A stretch of 32,000 nucleotides of DNA, from NCBI RefSeq assembly GCF_000195955.2, contig NC_000962.3, positions 3,630,001-3,662,000 of the forward strand, read 5' to 3'. Position numbers and translations under genes: made by a program. This document shows positions 16,895 through 24,660 of this stretch, in pieces. The notes beneath the pieces are model-generated. The model did no database searches. It had not been told where the DNA came from and saw only the letters and a list, made by a program, of their open reading frames with translations. The first letter of the stretch is position 1. Every line of letters starts with the position of its first letter. Source of the DNA: Mycobacterium tuberculosis H37Rv. Lineage in GTDB: Bacteria > Actinomycetota > Actinomycetes > Mycobacteriales > Mycobacteriaceae.

Positions 16895-17809
16895 TCAGTC
16901 ACGCGTTGAGGGTAACCGTCGATCGATCGAAGTTGAGTTCGCAGGTGCTGCCAGCGCCGTGGCCAGTGCGCTGCGCCAGTGCCGTAGCGGCGTCAAGCCC
17001 GCCAGCGCCCACTGCCTGCTCGACAGCGCGGAATAGCTCGAACGCGGCGCGGGCCGCGGAAACTGCGCGCTGCTGACCGGACGCACCCGCTGTGGGTCGG
17101 CACCGCATTCTTCGAACACCGCGCGGGCTTGACCGAACCGGGAGACCACGCCCTCGTTAGCGGCGTGCAACACGCGTCCGCGCACGCCCGCGTCGGCCAA
17201 CGCCAGCAGCGCCTCGGCCAGGTCGGCGACGTAGGTCGGCGACCCGGTCTGGTCGTCGACCACATCCACCCGACCGTGTCCGGCGGCCAGCCGGCGCATG
17301 ACGGCGACGAAATCCTTGCCGGTCCCGCCGGTGTAGACCCAGGCGGTCCGTACCACGGCAGCCTCCGGGAACGCTGCCAGCACAGCCTGCTCGCCGGCGA
17401 GTTTGCTGCGGGCATACACGCCCTGCGGCGCGGTTTCATCGGTGGGCTCGTAGGGCCGGGGCTCGGCGCCGCCGAAGTCGCCATCGAATACGTAGTCGGT
17501 GGAGACGTGGATTAACCGAGCACCCACACGAGCGCACGCACGGGCGAGGTGTTGCGGGCCAGTGGCATTGACCGCATAGGCGACTGCCTCATTGCTCTCG
17601 GCGCCGTCGACGTCGGTGTAGGCGGCGCAATTGATCACCACGTCACCGTGTCGGATGATCCGCTCGGCCGCAGCGGGGTCGGTGATATCCCACTGCGAGG
17701 AAGTCAGCGCCAGCATATCGCGGCCTTCCCGGGCGGCCTGTGCCGTCAGATGGCTGCCCAGCTGCCCGCCCGCACCGGTGATGACTAGCCTTTCTGACCT
17801 GCCCGCCAT
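16895..17809 (-). CDS. rmlD: dTDP-4-dehydrorhamnose reductase RmlD, 304 aa
   Basis: ORF track 16895..17809. Rossmann motif VITGAGGQLG and catalytic YxxxK (YARSKLAGE) are present. Confidence 0.93.
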   Translation of the reverse strand: MAGRSERLVITGAGGQLGSHLTAQAAREGRDMLALTSSQWDITDPAAAERIIRHGDVVINCAAYTDVDGAESNEAVAYAVNATGPQHLARACARVGARLIHVSTDYVFDGDFGGAEPRPYEPTDETAPQGVYARSKLAGEQAVLAAFPEAAVVRTAWVYTGGTGKDFVAVMRRLAAGHGRVDVVDDQTGSPTYVADLAEALLALADAGVRGRVLHAANEGVVSRFGQARAVFEECGADPQRVRPVSSAQFPRPAPRSSYSALSSRQWALAGLTPLRHWRSALATALAAPANSTSIDRRLPSTRD

Positions 17810-17852
17810 GTGTTTGAGTCTGGCACGCCTCGGGCACGCCGGGGTTGGCTAC

Positions 17853-17881
17853 CCGACAGGGCGCCGTTACACAAGTAGTCT
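17853..17881 (+). promoter_or_regulatory. Candidate promoter for Rv3267 (-35 CCGACA, 17 bp, -10 TAGTCT), placed for a leaderless transcript starting at ATG 17888
   Basis: CCGACA-GGGCGCCGTTACACAAG-TAGTCT, then 6 nt, then A of ATG 17888. GTG 17885 lies only 3 nt after the -10. No SD is visible upstream of either start. Confidence 0.3.
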
Positions 17882-17884
17882 AGT

Positions 17885-19381
17885 GTGATGTCTGCGCAAC
17901 GTGTGGTTCGTACGGTTCGTACCGCTCGGGCTATTTCCACGGCACTGGCCGTCGCGATCGTCCTTGGCACCGGGGTGGCGTGGAGCAGTGTCCGGTCGTT
18001 CGAAGACGGCATCTTCCACATGTCGGCGCCCTCGCTGGGGCACGGCGGCGACGACGGCGCGATCGACATTTTGCTGGTCGGCCTGGACAGCCGTACCGAC
18101 GCGCACGGCAACCCGTTGAGCGCCGAGGAATTGGCGACATTGCACGCCGGCGACGAGGAAGCCACCAACACCGACACCATCATCCTGATCCGGGTACCCA
18201 ACAACGGAAAGTCGGCGACCGCAATCTCTATACCGCGGGACTCCTACGTCGCGGCTCCCGGTCTGGGTAAGACCAAGATCAACGGCGTCTACGGGCAAAC
18301 CAGAGAGACCAAGCGGGCCGGCCTGGTCCAAGCCGGTGCCTCGCCGACCGAAGCGGCCGCCGCCGGCACCGAGGCCGGGCGTGAGGCGTTGATCAAGACG
18401 GTCGCCGATCTGACCGGCGTCACCGTCGACCACTACGCCGAGATCGGGCTGCTCGGTTTCGCGTTGATCGCCGACGCACTCGGCGGCGTCGACGTCTGCC
18501 TCAAAGAGCCTGTATACGAACCACTTTCGGGTGCCGATTTTCCAGCCGGGCGGCAAAAGCTCAACGGTCCGCAAGCGCTCAGCTTCGTTCGCCAGCGGCA
18601 TGATCTGCCCCGCGGCGACCTGGACCGGGTGGTACGTCAGCAGGCGGTGATGGCGGCGTTGGCCCACCGGGTCATCTCCGGACAGACGCTATCCAGCCCC
18701 GCCACGCTGAAGCGGTTGGAGCAGGCCGTGCAGCGCTCGGTGGTGCTGTCCTCCGGGTGGGACATCATGGATTTCGTCCGCCAATTGCAGAAGCTGGCCG
18801 GCGGTAACGTTGCCTTCGCCACCATCCCGGTGCTCGACGGCGCCGGCTGGAGCGACGACGGCATGCAAAGCGTGGTGCGGGTGGATCCGCGTCAGGTGCA
18901 GGACTGGGTCGTCGGCCTGCTGCACGAGCAGGACCAGGGCAAGACCGACGAGCTGGCCTACACACCCGCCAAGACCACGGCCAACGTGGTCAACGACACC
19001 GATATCAACGGGCTTGCGGCAGCGGTGTCAAAGGTGTTGAGCTCCAAGGGGTTTACCACCGGATCCGTCGGCAACAACGACGGCGACCACGTGCCTGGCA
19101 GCCAGGTGCGGGCCGCAAAGGCCGACGACCTGGGCGCACAGCAGGTCGCCAAGGAACTGGGCGGGTTGCCGGTGGTCGCCGATGCGTCAATCGCGCCTGG
19201 GTCGGTGCGGGTGGTGCTGGCCAACGACTACAGCGGTCCGGGCTCCGGGCTGGGGGGTAGTGATCCGAACGGCGTCGTATCGCCGGCCCGCGCGTTCAAC
19301 CTCGGGTCCGCCGACGACACGACTCCCCCGCCGTCGCCAATCCTTACCGCCGGCTCCGACGCGCCGGAGTGCATCAACTGA
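17885..19381 (+). CDS. lcp1: LytR-CpsA-Psr (LCP) family ligase joining arabinogalactan to peptidoglycan (Rv3267/Lcp1-like), 498 aa
   Basis: ORF track 17885..19381. It has an N-terminal membrane anchor (AISTALAVAIVLGTGVAW). LCP core motifs DILLVGLDSRTD, TDTIILIRV and ISIPRDSYV are present, followed by a C-terminal LytR_C-like domain. The start may be ATG 17888. Confidence 0.92.
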   Translation: MMSAQRVVRTVRTARAISTALAVAIVLGTGVAWSSVRSFEDGIFHMSAPSLGHGGDDGAIDILLVGLDSRTDAHGNPLSAEELATLHAGDEEATNTDTIILIRVPNNGKSATAISIPRDSYVAAPGLGKTKINGVYGQTRETKRAGLVQAGASPTEAAAAGTEAGREALIKTVADLTGVTVDHYAEIGLLGFALIADALGGVDVCLKEPVYEPLSGADFPAGRQKLNGPQALSFVRQRHDLPRGDLDRVVRQQAVMAALAHRVISGQTLSSPATLKRLEQAVQRSVVLSSGWDIMDFVRQLQKLAGGNVAFATIPVLDGAGWSDDGMQSVVRVDPRQVQDWVVGLLHEQDQGKTDELAYTPAKTTANVVNDTDINGLAAAVSKVLSSKGFTTGSVGNNDGDHVPGSQVRAAKADDLGAQQVAKELGGLPVVADASIAPGSVRVVLANDYSGPGSGLGGSDPNGVVSPARAFNLGSADDTTPPPSPILTAGSDAPECIN

Positions 19382-19419
19382 CCACACCGACCACCCTGAG
19401 CGGGGCGATCCTGGATCCG

Positions 19420-20109
19420 ATGCTGCGCGCCGACCCGGTCGGCCCGCGCATCACCTACTATGACGATGCCACCGGTGAGCGCATCGAGCTATCCGCGGTG
19501 ACACTGGCTAACTGGGCCGCCAAGACCGGCAACCTGTTGCGCGACGAGCTGGCGGCCGGACCCGCCAGCCGAGTCGCGATCCTATTACCGGCCCATTGGC
19601 AGACCGCGGCGGTGTTGTTCGGCGTGTGGTGGATCGGTGCGCAAGCGATACTCGACGATTCTCCCGCCGATGTGGCACTGTGCACCGCCGACCGTCTGGC
19701 CGAAGCCGACGCCGTCGTCAACAGCGCGGCGGTAGCCGGCGAGGTAGCCGTGCTGTCGCTGGATCCATTCGGTCGACCGGCAACCGGCCTGCCGGTCGGC
19801 GTCACCGACTATGCGACCGCGGTGCGGGTACACGGCGACCAGATAGTTCCCGAACACAACCCCGGTCCGGTGCTTGCCGGTAGATCCGTCGAGCAGATCC
19901 TGCGCGACTGCGCGGCGTCCGCGGCCGCCAGGGGTTTGACGGCGGCGGATCGGGTGCTGTCCACCGCTTCCTGGGCCGGACCCGATGAGTTGGTGGACGG
20001 CCTGCTGGCGATCCTGGCCGCCGGTGCGTCGTTGGTGCAGGTGGCCAATCCCGATCCGGCGATGCTGCAGCGCAGGATTGCGACCGAAAAGGTCACCCGC
20101 GTCCTGTGA
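19420..20109 (+). CDS. Conserved actinobacterial protein of unknown function (Rv3268-like). 229 aa from ATG 19420, or 246 aa from GTG 19369.
   Basis: ORF track 19369..20109. The sequence resembles the N-terminal subdomain of adenylate-forming enzymes (ITYYDDATGERIELSAVTLANWAAKTGNLL...RVAILLPAHWQTAAVLFGVWWIGAQ). GTG 19369 would overlap the Rv3267 stop by 13 nt. Confidence 0.8.
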   Translation: MLRADPVGPRITYYDDATGERIELSAVTLANWAAKTGNLLRDELAAGPASRVAILLPAHWQTAAVLFGVWWIGAQAILDDSPADVALCTADRLAEADAVVNSAAVAGEVAVLSLDPFGRPATGLPVGVTDYATAVRVHGDQIVPEHNPGPVLAGRSVEQILRDCAASAAARGLTAADRVLSTASWAGPDELVDGLLAILAAGASLVQVANPDPAMLQRRIATEKVTRVL

Positions 20110-20147
20110 CGCAGGCCGCGTCCAGCAGGCGAAGGCATCAGAGCAAT

Positions 20148-20181
20148 ACATATTGATATCGCGATATATAGATGTTAATGT
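20148..20181 (+). promoter_or_regulatory. Predicted pacL1-ctpC promoter (-35 TTGATA, 17 bp, -10 TAATGT) covered by a 28-bp imperfect palindrome (operator candidate)
   Basis: ACATATTGATATCGCGATATATAGATGT (20148-20175) pairs at 11 of 14 arm positions. Its core ATATCGCGATAT (20156-20167) is a perfect palindrome. TTGATA is at 20153-20158 and TAATGT at 20176-20181. The 40 bp at 20141-20180 are about 30% GC in a 65% GC genome. Confidence 0.45.
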
Positions 20182-20233
20182 CACTGCAACGAGCTGCCGC
20201 TGCAATTACAGACCCGGAAGAAAGGTACAGGCA

Positions 20234-20515
20234 ATGGCGATACAAGTGTTCTTGGCGAAGGCGACAACGACGGTGATCACCGGCTTGGCCGGCGTGACCG
20301 CCTACGAGATCTTAAAAAAGGCCGCGGCCAAAGCGCCGCTTCGTCAGACCGCGGTATCGGCAGCAGCGCTGGGTCTGCGCGGAACCCGCAAGGCCGAGGA
20401 AGCCGCGGAATCGGCCCGCCTAAAGGTGGCCGACGTGATGGCCGAGGCTCGTGAGCGCATCGGCGAGGAATCGCCCACTCCAGCGATCAGCGACCTGCAC
20501 GACCACGACCACTGA
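20234..20515 (+). CDS. pacL1: DUF1490 small membrane-anchored metallochaperone-like protein PacL1 (Rv3269-like), 93 aa
   Basis: In-frame part of ORF 19985..20515, starting at ATG 20234 (GAAAGG upstream). It has an N-terminal hydrophobic helix (MAIQVFLAKATTTVITGLAGVTAY) and an Ala/Glu-rich helical middle. The C-terminal tail is DLHDHDH. It ends 10 nt before ctpC. Confidence 0.85.
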   Translation: MAIQVFLAKATTTVITGLAGVTAYEILKKAAAKAPLRQTAVSAAALGLRGTRKAEEAAESARLKVADVMAEARERIGEESPTPAISDLHDHDH

Positions 20516-20525
20516 GCGCCTCGCC

Positions 20526-22682
20526 ATGACCCTGGAAGTGGTATCGGACGCGGCCGGACGCATGCGGGTCAAAGTCGACTGGGTCCGTTGCGATTCCCGG
20601 CGCGCGGTCGCGGTCGAAGAGGCCGTTGCCAAGCAGAACGGTGTGCGCGTCGTGCACGCCTACCCGCGCACCGGGTCCGTGGTCGTGTGGTATTCACCCA
20701 GACGCGCCGACCGCGCGGCGGTGCTGGCGGCGATCAAGGGCGCCGCGCACGTCGCCGCCGAACTGATCCCCGCGCGTGCGCCGCACTCGGCCGAGATCCG
20801 CAACACCGACGTGCTCCGGATGGTCATCGGCGGGGTGGCACTGGCCTTGCTCGGGGTGCGCCGCTACGTGTTCGCGCGGCCACCGCTGCTCGGAACCACC
20901 GGGCGGACGGTGGCCACCGGTGTCACCATTTTCACCGGGTATCCGTTCCTGCGTGGCGCGCTGCGCTCGCTGCGCTCCGGAAAGGCCGGCACCGATGCCC
21001 TGGTCTCCGCGGCGACGGTGGCAAGCCTCATCCTGCGCGAGAACGTGGTCGCACTCACCGTCCTGTGGTTGCTCAACATCGGTGAGTACCTGCAGGATCT
21101 GACGCTGCGGCGGACCCGGCGGGCCATCTCGGAGCTGCTGCGCGGCAACCAGGACACGGCCTGGGTGCGCCTCACCGATCCTTCTGCAGGCTCCGACGCG
21201 GCCACCGAAATCCAGGTCCCGATCGACACCGTGCAGATCGGTGACGAGGTGGTGGTCCACGAGCACGTCGCGATACCGGTCGACGGTGAGGTGGTCGACG
21301 GCGAAGCGATCGTCAATCAGTCCGCGATCACCGGGGAAAACCTGCCGGTCAGCGTCGTGGTCGGAACGCGCGTGCACGCCGGTTCGGTCGTGGTGCGCGG
21401 ACGCGTGGTGGTGCGCGCCCACGCGGTAGGCAACCAAACCACCATCGGTCGCATCATTAGCAGGGTCGAAGAGGCTCAGCTCGACCGGGCACCCATCCAG
21501 ACGGTGGGCGAGAACTTCTCCCGCCGCTTCGTTCCCACCTCGTTCATCGTCTCGGCCATCGCGTTGCTGATCACCGGCGACGTGCGGCGCGCGATGACCA
21601 TGTTGTTGATCGCATGCCCGTGCGCGGTGGGACTGTCCACCCCGACCGCGATCAGCGCAGCGATCGGCAACGGCGCGCGCCGTGGCATCCTGATCAAGGG
21701 CGGATCCCACCTCGAGCAGGCGGGCCGCGTCGACGCCATCGTGTTCGACAAGACCGGGACGTTGACCGTGGGCCGCCCCGTGGTCACCAATATCGTTGCC
21801 ATGCATAAAGATTGGGAGCCCGAGCAAGTGCTGGCCTATGCCGCCAGCTCGGAGATCCACTCACGTCATCCGCTGGCCGAGGCGGTGATCCGCTCGACGG
21901 AGGAACGCCGCATCAGCATCCCACCACACGAGGAGTGCGAGGTGCTGGTCGGCCTGGGCATGCGGACCTGGGCCGACGGTCGGACCCTGCTGCTGGGCAG
22001 TCCGTCGTTGCTGCGCGCCGAAAAAGTTCGGGTGTCCAAGAAGGCGTCGGAGTGGGTCGACAAGCTGCGCCGCCAGGCGGAGACCCCGCTGCTGCTCGCG
22101 GTGGACGGCACGCTGGTCGGCCTGATCAGCCTGCGCGACGAGGTGCGTCCGGAGGCGGCCCAGGTGCTGACGAAGCTGCGGGCCAATGGGATTCGCCGGA
22201 TCGTCATGCTCACCGGCGACCACCCGGAGATCGCCCAGGTTGTCGCCGACGAACTGGGGATTGATGAGTGGCGCGCCGAGGTCATGCCGGAGGACAAGCT
22301 CGCGGCGGTGCGCGAGCTGCAGGACGACGGCTACGTCGTCGGGATGGTCGGCGACGGCATCAACGACGCCCCGGCGCTGGCCGCCGCCGATATCGGGATC
22401 GCCATGGGCCTTGCCGGAACCGACGTCGCCGTCGAGACCGCCGATGTCGCGCTGGCCAACGACGACCTGCACCGCCTGCTCGACGTTGGGGACCTGGGCG
22501 AGCGGGCAGTGGATGTAATCCGGCAGAACTACGGCATGTCCATCGCCGTCAACGCGGCCGGGCTGCTGATCGGCGCGGGCGGTGCGCTCTCGCCGGTGCT
22601 GGCGGCGATCCTGCACAACGCGTCGTCGGTGGCGGTGGTGGCCAACAGTTCCCGGTTGATCCGCTACCGCCTGGACCGCTAG
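20526..22682 (+). CDS. ctpC: P1B-type heavy-metal-translocating ATPase CtpC, 718 aa
   Basis: ORF track 20451..22682. I use ATG 20526 (MTLEVVSDAAGRMRV...). Motifs present: TGEN (A-domain), the membrane CPC (LIACPCAVG), the phosphorylation site FDKTGTLT, and the hinge GDGINDAPAL. Confidence 0.94.
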   Translation: MTLEVVSDAAGRMRVKVDWVRCDSRRAVAVEEAVAKQNGVRVVHAYPRTGSVVVWYSPRRADRAAVLAAIKGAAHVAAELIPARAPHSAEIRNTDVLRMVIGGVALALLGVRRYVFARPPLLGTTGRTVATGVTIFTGYPFLRGALRSLRSGKAGTDALVSAATVASLILRENVVALTVLWLLNIGEYLQDLTLRRTRRAISELLRGNQDTAWVRLTDPSAGSDAATEIQVPIDTVQIGDEVVVHEHVAIPVDGEVVDGEAIVNQSAITGENLPVSVVVGTRVHAGSVVVRGRVVVRAHAVGNQTTIGRIISRVEEAQLDRAPIQTVGENFSRRFVPTSFIVSAIALLITGDVRRAMTMLLIACPCAVGLSTPTAISAAIGNGARRGILIKGGSHLEQAGRVDAIVFDKTGTLTVGRPVVTNIVAMHKDWEPEQVLAYAASSEIHSRHPLAEAVIRSTEERRISIPPHEECEVLVGLGMRTWADGRTLLLGSPSLLRAEKVRVSKKASEWVDKLRRQAETPLLLAVDGTLVGLISLRDEVRPEAAQVLTKLRANGIRRIVMLTGDHPEIAQVVADELGIDEWRAEVMPEDKLAAVRELQDDGYVVGMVGDGINDAPALAAADIGIAMGLAGTDVAVETADVALANDDLHRLLDVGDLGERAVDVIRQNYGMSIAVNAAGLLIGAGGALSPVLAAILHNASSVAVVANSSRLIRYRLDR

Positions 22683-23347
22683 CAGCCGCAGCCGTGACCA
22701 CGCCAGGTGCGGATGCCCTGCCAGACCGCGATACCGGCGATGGCCAGCCCGATCGCGGGGTCAATCCACCAGCCGTTCGACCACACGGCAGTGATCGCCA
22801 GCCCAAGCAGAACCGCGGCGGCCTGAGCAGCACACAGGTAGTTCTGGGTGCCCTCGCCCGCGGTGGCCCCCGATCCCAGCCGCTCACCCACTCGGTGGTT
22901 GGCCCAGCCCAGGACCGGCATCAGCAGCAGGGCGATGGCCGTCAGTCCGATGCCGATCACCGAGGTCTCGGCACGATGCTCGCCGGCTAGGTGGCGGATG
23001 GATTCGGCAACGAGGTAGGGGGCCGTCAGCCAAAAAGACACCGCAACTCCACGCTGTGCGCGGTGCTCCGCGGTCGCGGACCAAGTGCGGTCGCCGGTGA
23101 ACCGCCAGAGCACCATCGCGCTGGCCAGGCCCTCGGATCCGCCACCCAGCGCCCACCCGGTCAACGCGACGGATCCGACCGCAATACCCTGCCACAGCCC
23201 CACGGCACCTTCGGTGAGCAATACCGCCAGGCTGACCCACGCCAGCCAGCGGGCCCACCGAACGTTCCGCTGCCATTCGGCCTCTCGCGCCACCGACACG
23301 GGCGAATCCAGCGTGGATTCATCGCGGTGTTCCGTCGTCGTCTCCAT
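22679..23347 (-). CDS. Small polytopic membrane protein resembling the membrane domain of cation-efflux (CDF-like) transporters (Rv3271c-like), 222 aa
   Basis: The ORF track entry 22679..23566 is over-extended. I use ATG 23347 (METTTEHRDEST...). About 5-6 hydrophobic helices are visible and the C-terminal tail is WRGHGCGC. The family assignment is tentative. Confidence 0.75.
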   Translation of the reverse strand: METTTEHRDESTLDSPVSVAREAEWQRNVRWARWLAWVSLAVLLTEGAVGLWQGIAVGSVALTGWALGGGSEGLASAMVLWRFTGDRTWSATAEHRAQRGVAVSFWLTAPYLVAESIRHLAGEHRAETSVIGIGLTAIALLLMPVLGWANHRVGERLGSGATAGEGTQNYLCAAQAAAVLLGLAITAVWSNGWWIDPAIGLAIAGIAVWQGIRTWRGHGCGC

Positions 23348-23447
23348 CCCGACGATGGTAGAGGCAAGACATGCCGGGCGGTCGCCGCGGCGTCGCGAAC
23401 CCGTATGGTTCAGGGAGGATGCCGCACGCCAGGGAAGGTCACCACCG

Positions 23448-24632
23448 ATGCCGACCAGCAACCCCGCCAAACCACTTGACGGGTTTCGGGTATTGGATTT
23501 CACCCAGAACGTGGCCGGGCCGCTGGCCGGGCAGGTGCTGGTCGACCTGGGGGCTGAAGTCATCAAGGTGGAGGCGCCCGGCGGTGAAGCGGCCCGTCAG
23601 ATCACCTCGGTGTTACCCGGACGCCCGCCCCTGGCCACCTACTTTCTGCCCAACAATCGTGGCAAGAAGTCGGTGACGGTGGACCTAACCACCGAGCAGG
23701 CCAAGCAGCAGATGCTGCGGCTCGCGGACACCGCCGACGTTGTCTTGGAGGCGTTTCGGCCCGGCACCATGGAAAAGCTGGGCCTAGGCCCTGATGACTT
23801 GCGCTCTCGTAACCCCAACCTGATCTACGCGCGCCTAACCGCTTACGGCGGCAACGGCCCGCACGGCAGCCGGCCGGGAATCGACCTGGTGGTGGCCGCC
23901 GAGGCCGGCATGACCACCGGAATGCCCACGCCTGAGGGCAAGCCACAGATCATCCCATTTCAGCTCGTCGACAACGCCAGCGGTCACGTGCTGGCCCAGG
24001 CCGTGCTGGCCGCGCTGCTGCACCGCGAGCGGAACGGGGTGGCCGACGTCGTCCAGGTCGCGATGTACGACGTCGCGGTGGGACTACAAGCCAACCAGCT
24101 GATGATGCATCTCAATCGGGCCGCTAGCGACCAGCCGAAGCCTGAACCGGCACCGAAGGCCAAGCGGCGCAAGGGAGTCGGCTTCGCTACCCAGCCATCG
24201 GACGCGTTTCGCACCGCCGATGGGTACATCGTCATCAGCGCATATGTGCCCAAACACTGGCAGAAGCTGTGCTACCTCATCGGCCGGCCTGACCTCGTTG
24301 AAGATCAACGATTTGCCGAACAACGCTCCCGGTCGATCAACTACGCCGAGTTGACCGCCGAGTTGGAATTGGCACTGGCCAGCAAGACCGCCACCGAATG
24401 GGTCCAGTTGCTGCAGGCAAACGGCCTCATGGCCTGCCTCGCCCATACCTGGAAACAGGTCGTCGACACCCCCCTTTTCGCCGAGAACGACCTCACCCTG
24501 GAAGTCGGTCGCGGGGCGGACACCATCACGGTGATCCGCACACCGGCGCGCTACGCCAGCTTCCGCGCGGTCGTCACCGATCCCCCGCCCACCGCCGGCG
24601 AACACAATGCCGTGTTTCTGGCCCGGCCCTGA
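23448..24632 (+). CDS. Family III CoA-transferase (CaiB/BaiF-like; Rv3272-like), 394 aa
   Basis: The ORF track entry 23085..24632 is over-extended. ATG 23448 has GGAAGG 9 nt upstream. The N-terminal signature LDGFRVLDFTQNVAGPLAGQVLVDLGAEVIKVE is typical of the family. Confidence 0.88.
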   Translation: MPTSNPAKPLDGFRVLDFTQNVAGPLAGQVLVDLGAEVIKVEAPGGEAARQITSVLPGRPPLATYFLPNNRGKKSVTVDLTTEQAKQQMLRLADTADVVLEAFRPGTMEKLGLGPDDLRSRNPNLIYARLTAYGGNGPHGSRPGIDLVVAAEAGMTTGMPTPEGKPQIIPFQLVDNASGHVLAQAVLAALLHRERNGVADVVQVAMYDVAVGLQANQLMMHLNRAASDQPKPEPAPKAKRRKGVGFATQPSDAFRTADGYIVISAYVPKHWQKLCYLIGRPDLVEDQRFAEQRSRSINYAELTAELELALASKTATEWVQLLQANGLMACLAHTWKQVVDTPLFAENDLTLEVGRGADTITVIRTPARYASFRAVVTDPPPTAGEHNAVFLARP

Positions 24633-24660
24633 CGCTGTGACCATTCCGAGGAGTCAACAC

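Noticed and set aside
17867-18667. 266-aa minus-strand ORF antisense to the LCP ligase gene. Similar shadow ORFs occur at 375..1079, 793..1473, 6597..7361, 8306..9151, 19585..20205, 22268..22990 and 28710..29636.
   Set aside because: All overlap genes with clear family signatures. All have skewed Arg/Pro/Gly/Ala composition and lack SD-preceded starts. I treat them as GC-driven open frames.
20694-22616. Two long minus-strand ORFs (388 aa and 251 aa) antisense to ctpC.
   Set aside because: They have no recognisable motifs and are extremely rich in Arg/Gly/Asp/His. They are fully nested in the P-type ATPase gene, whose motifs (DKTGT, CPC, GDGINDAP) are unambiguous.
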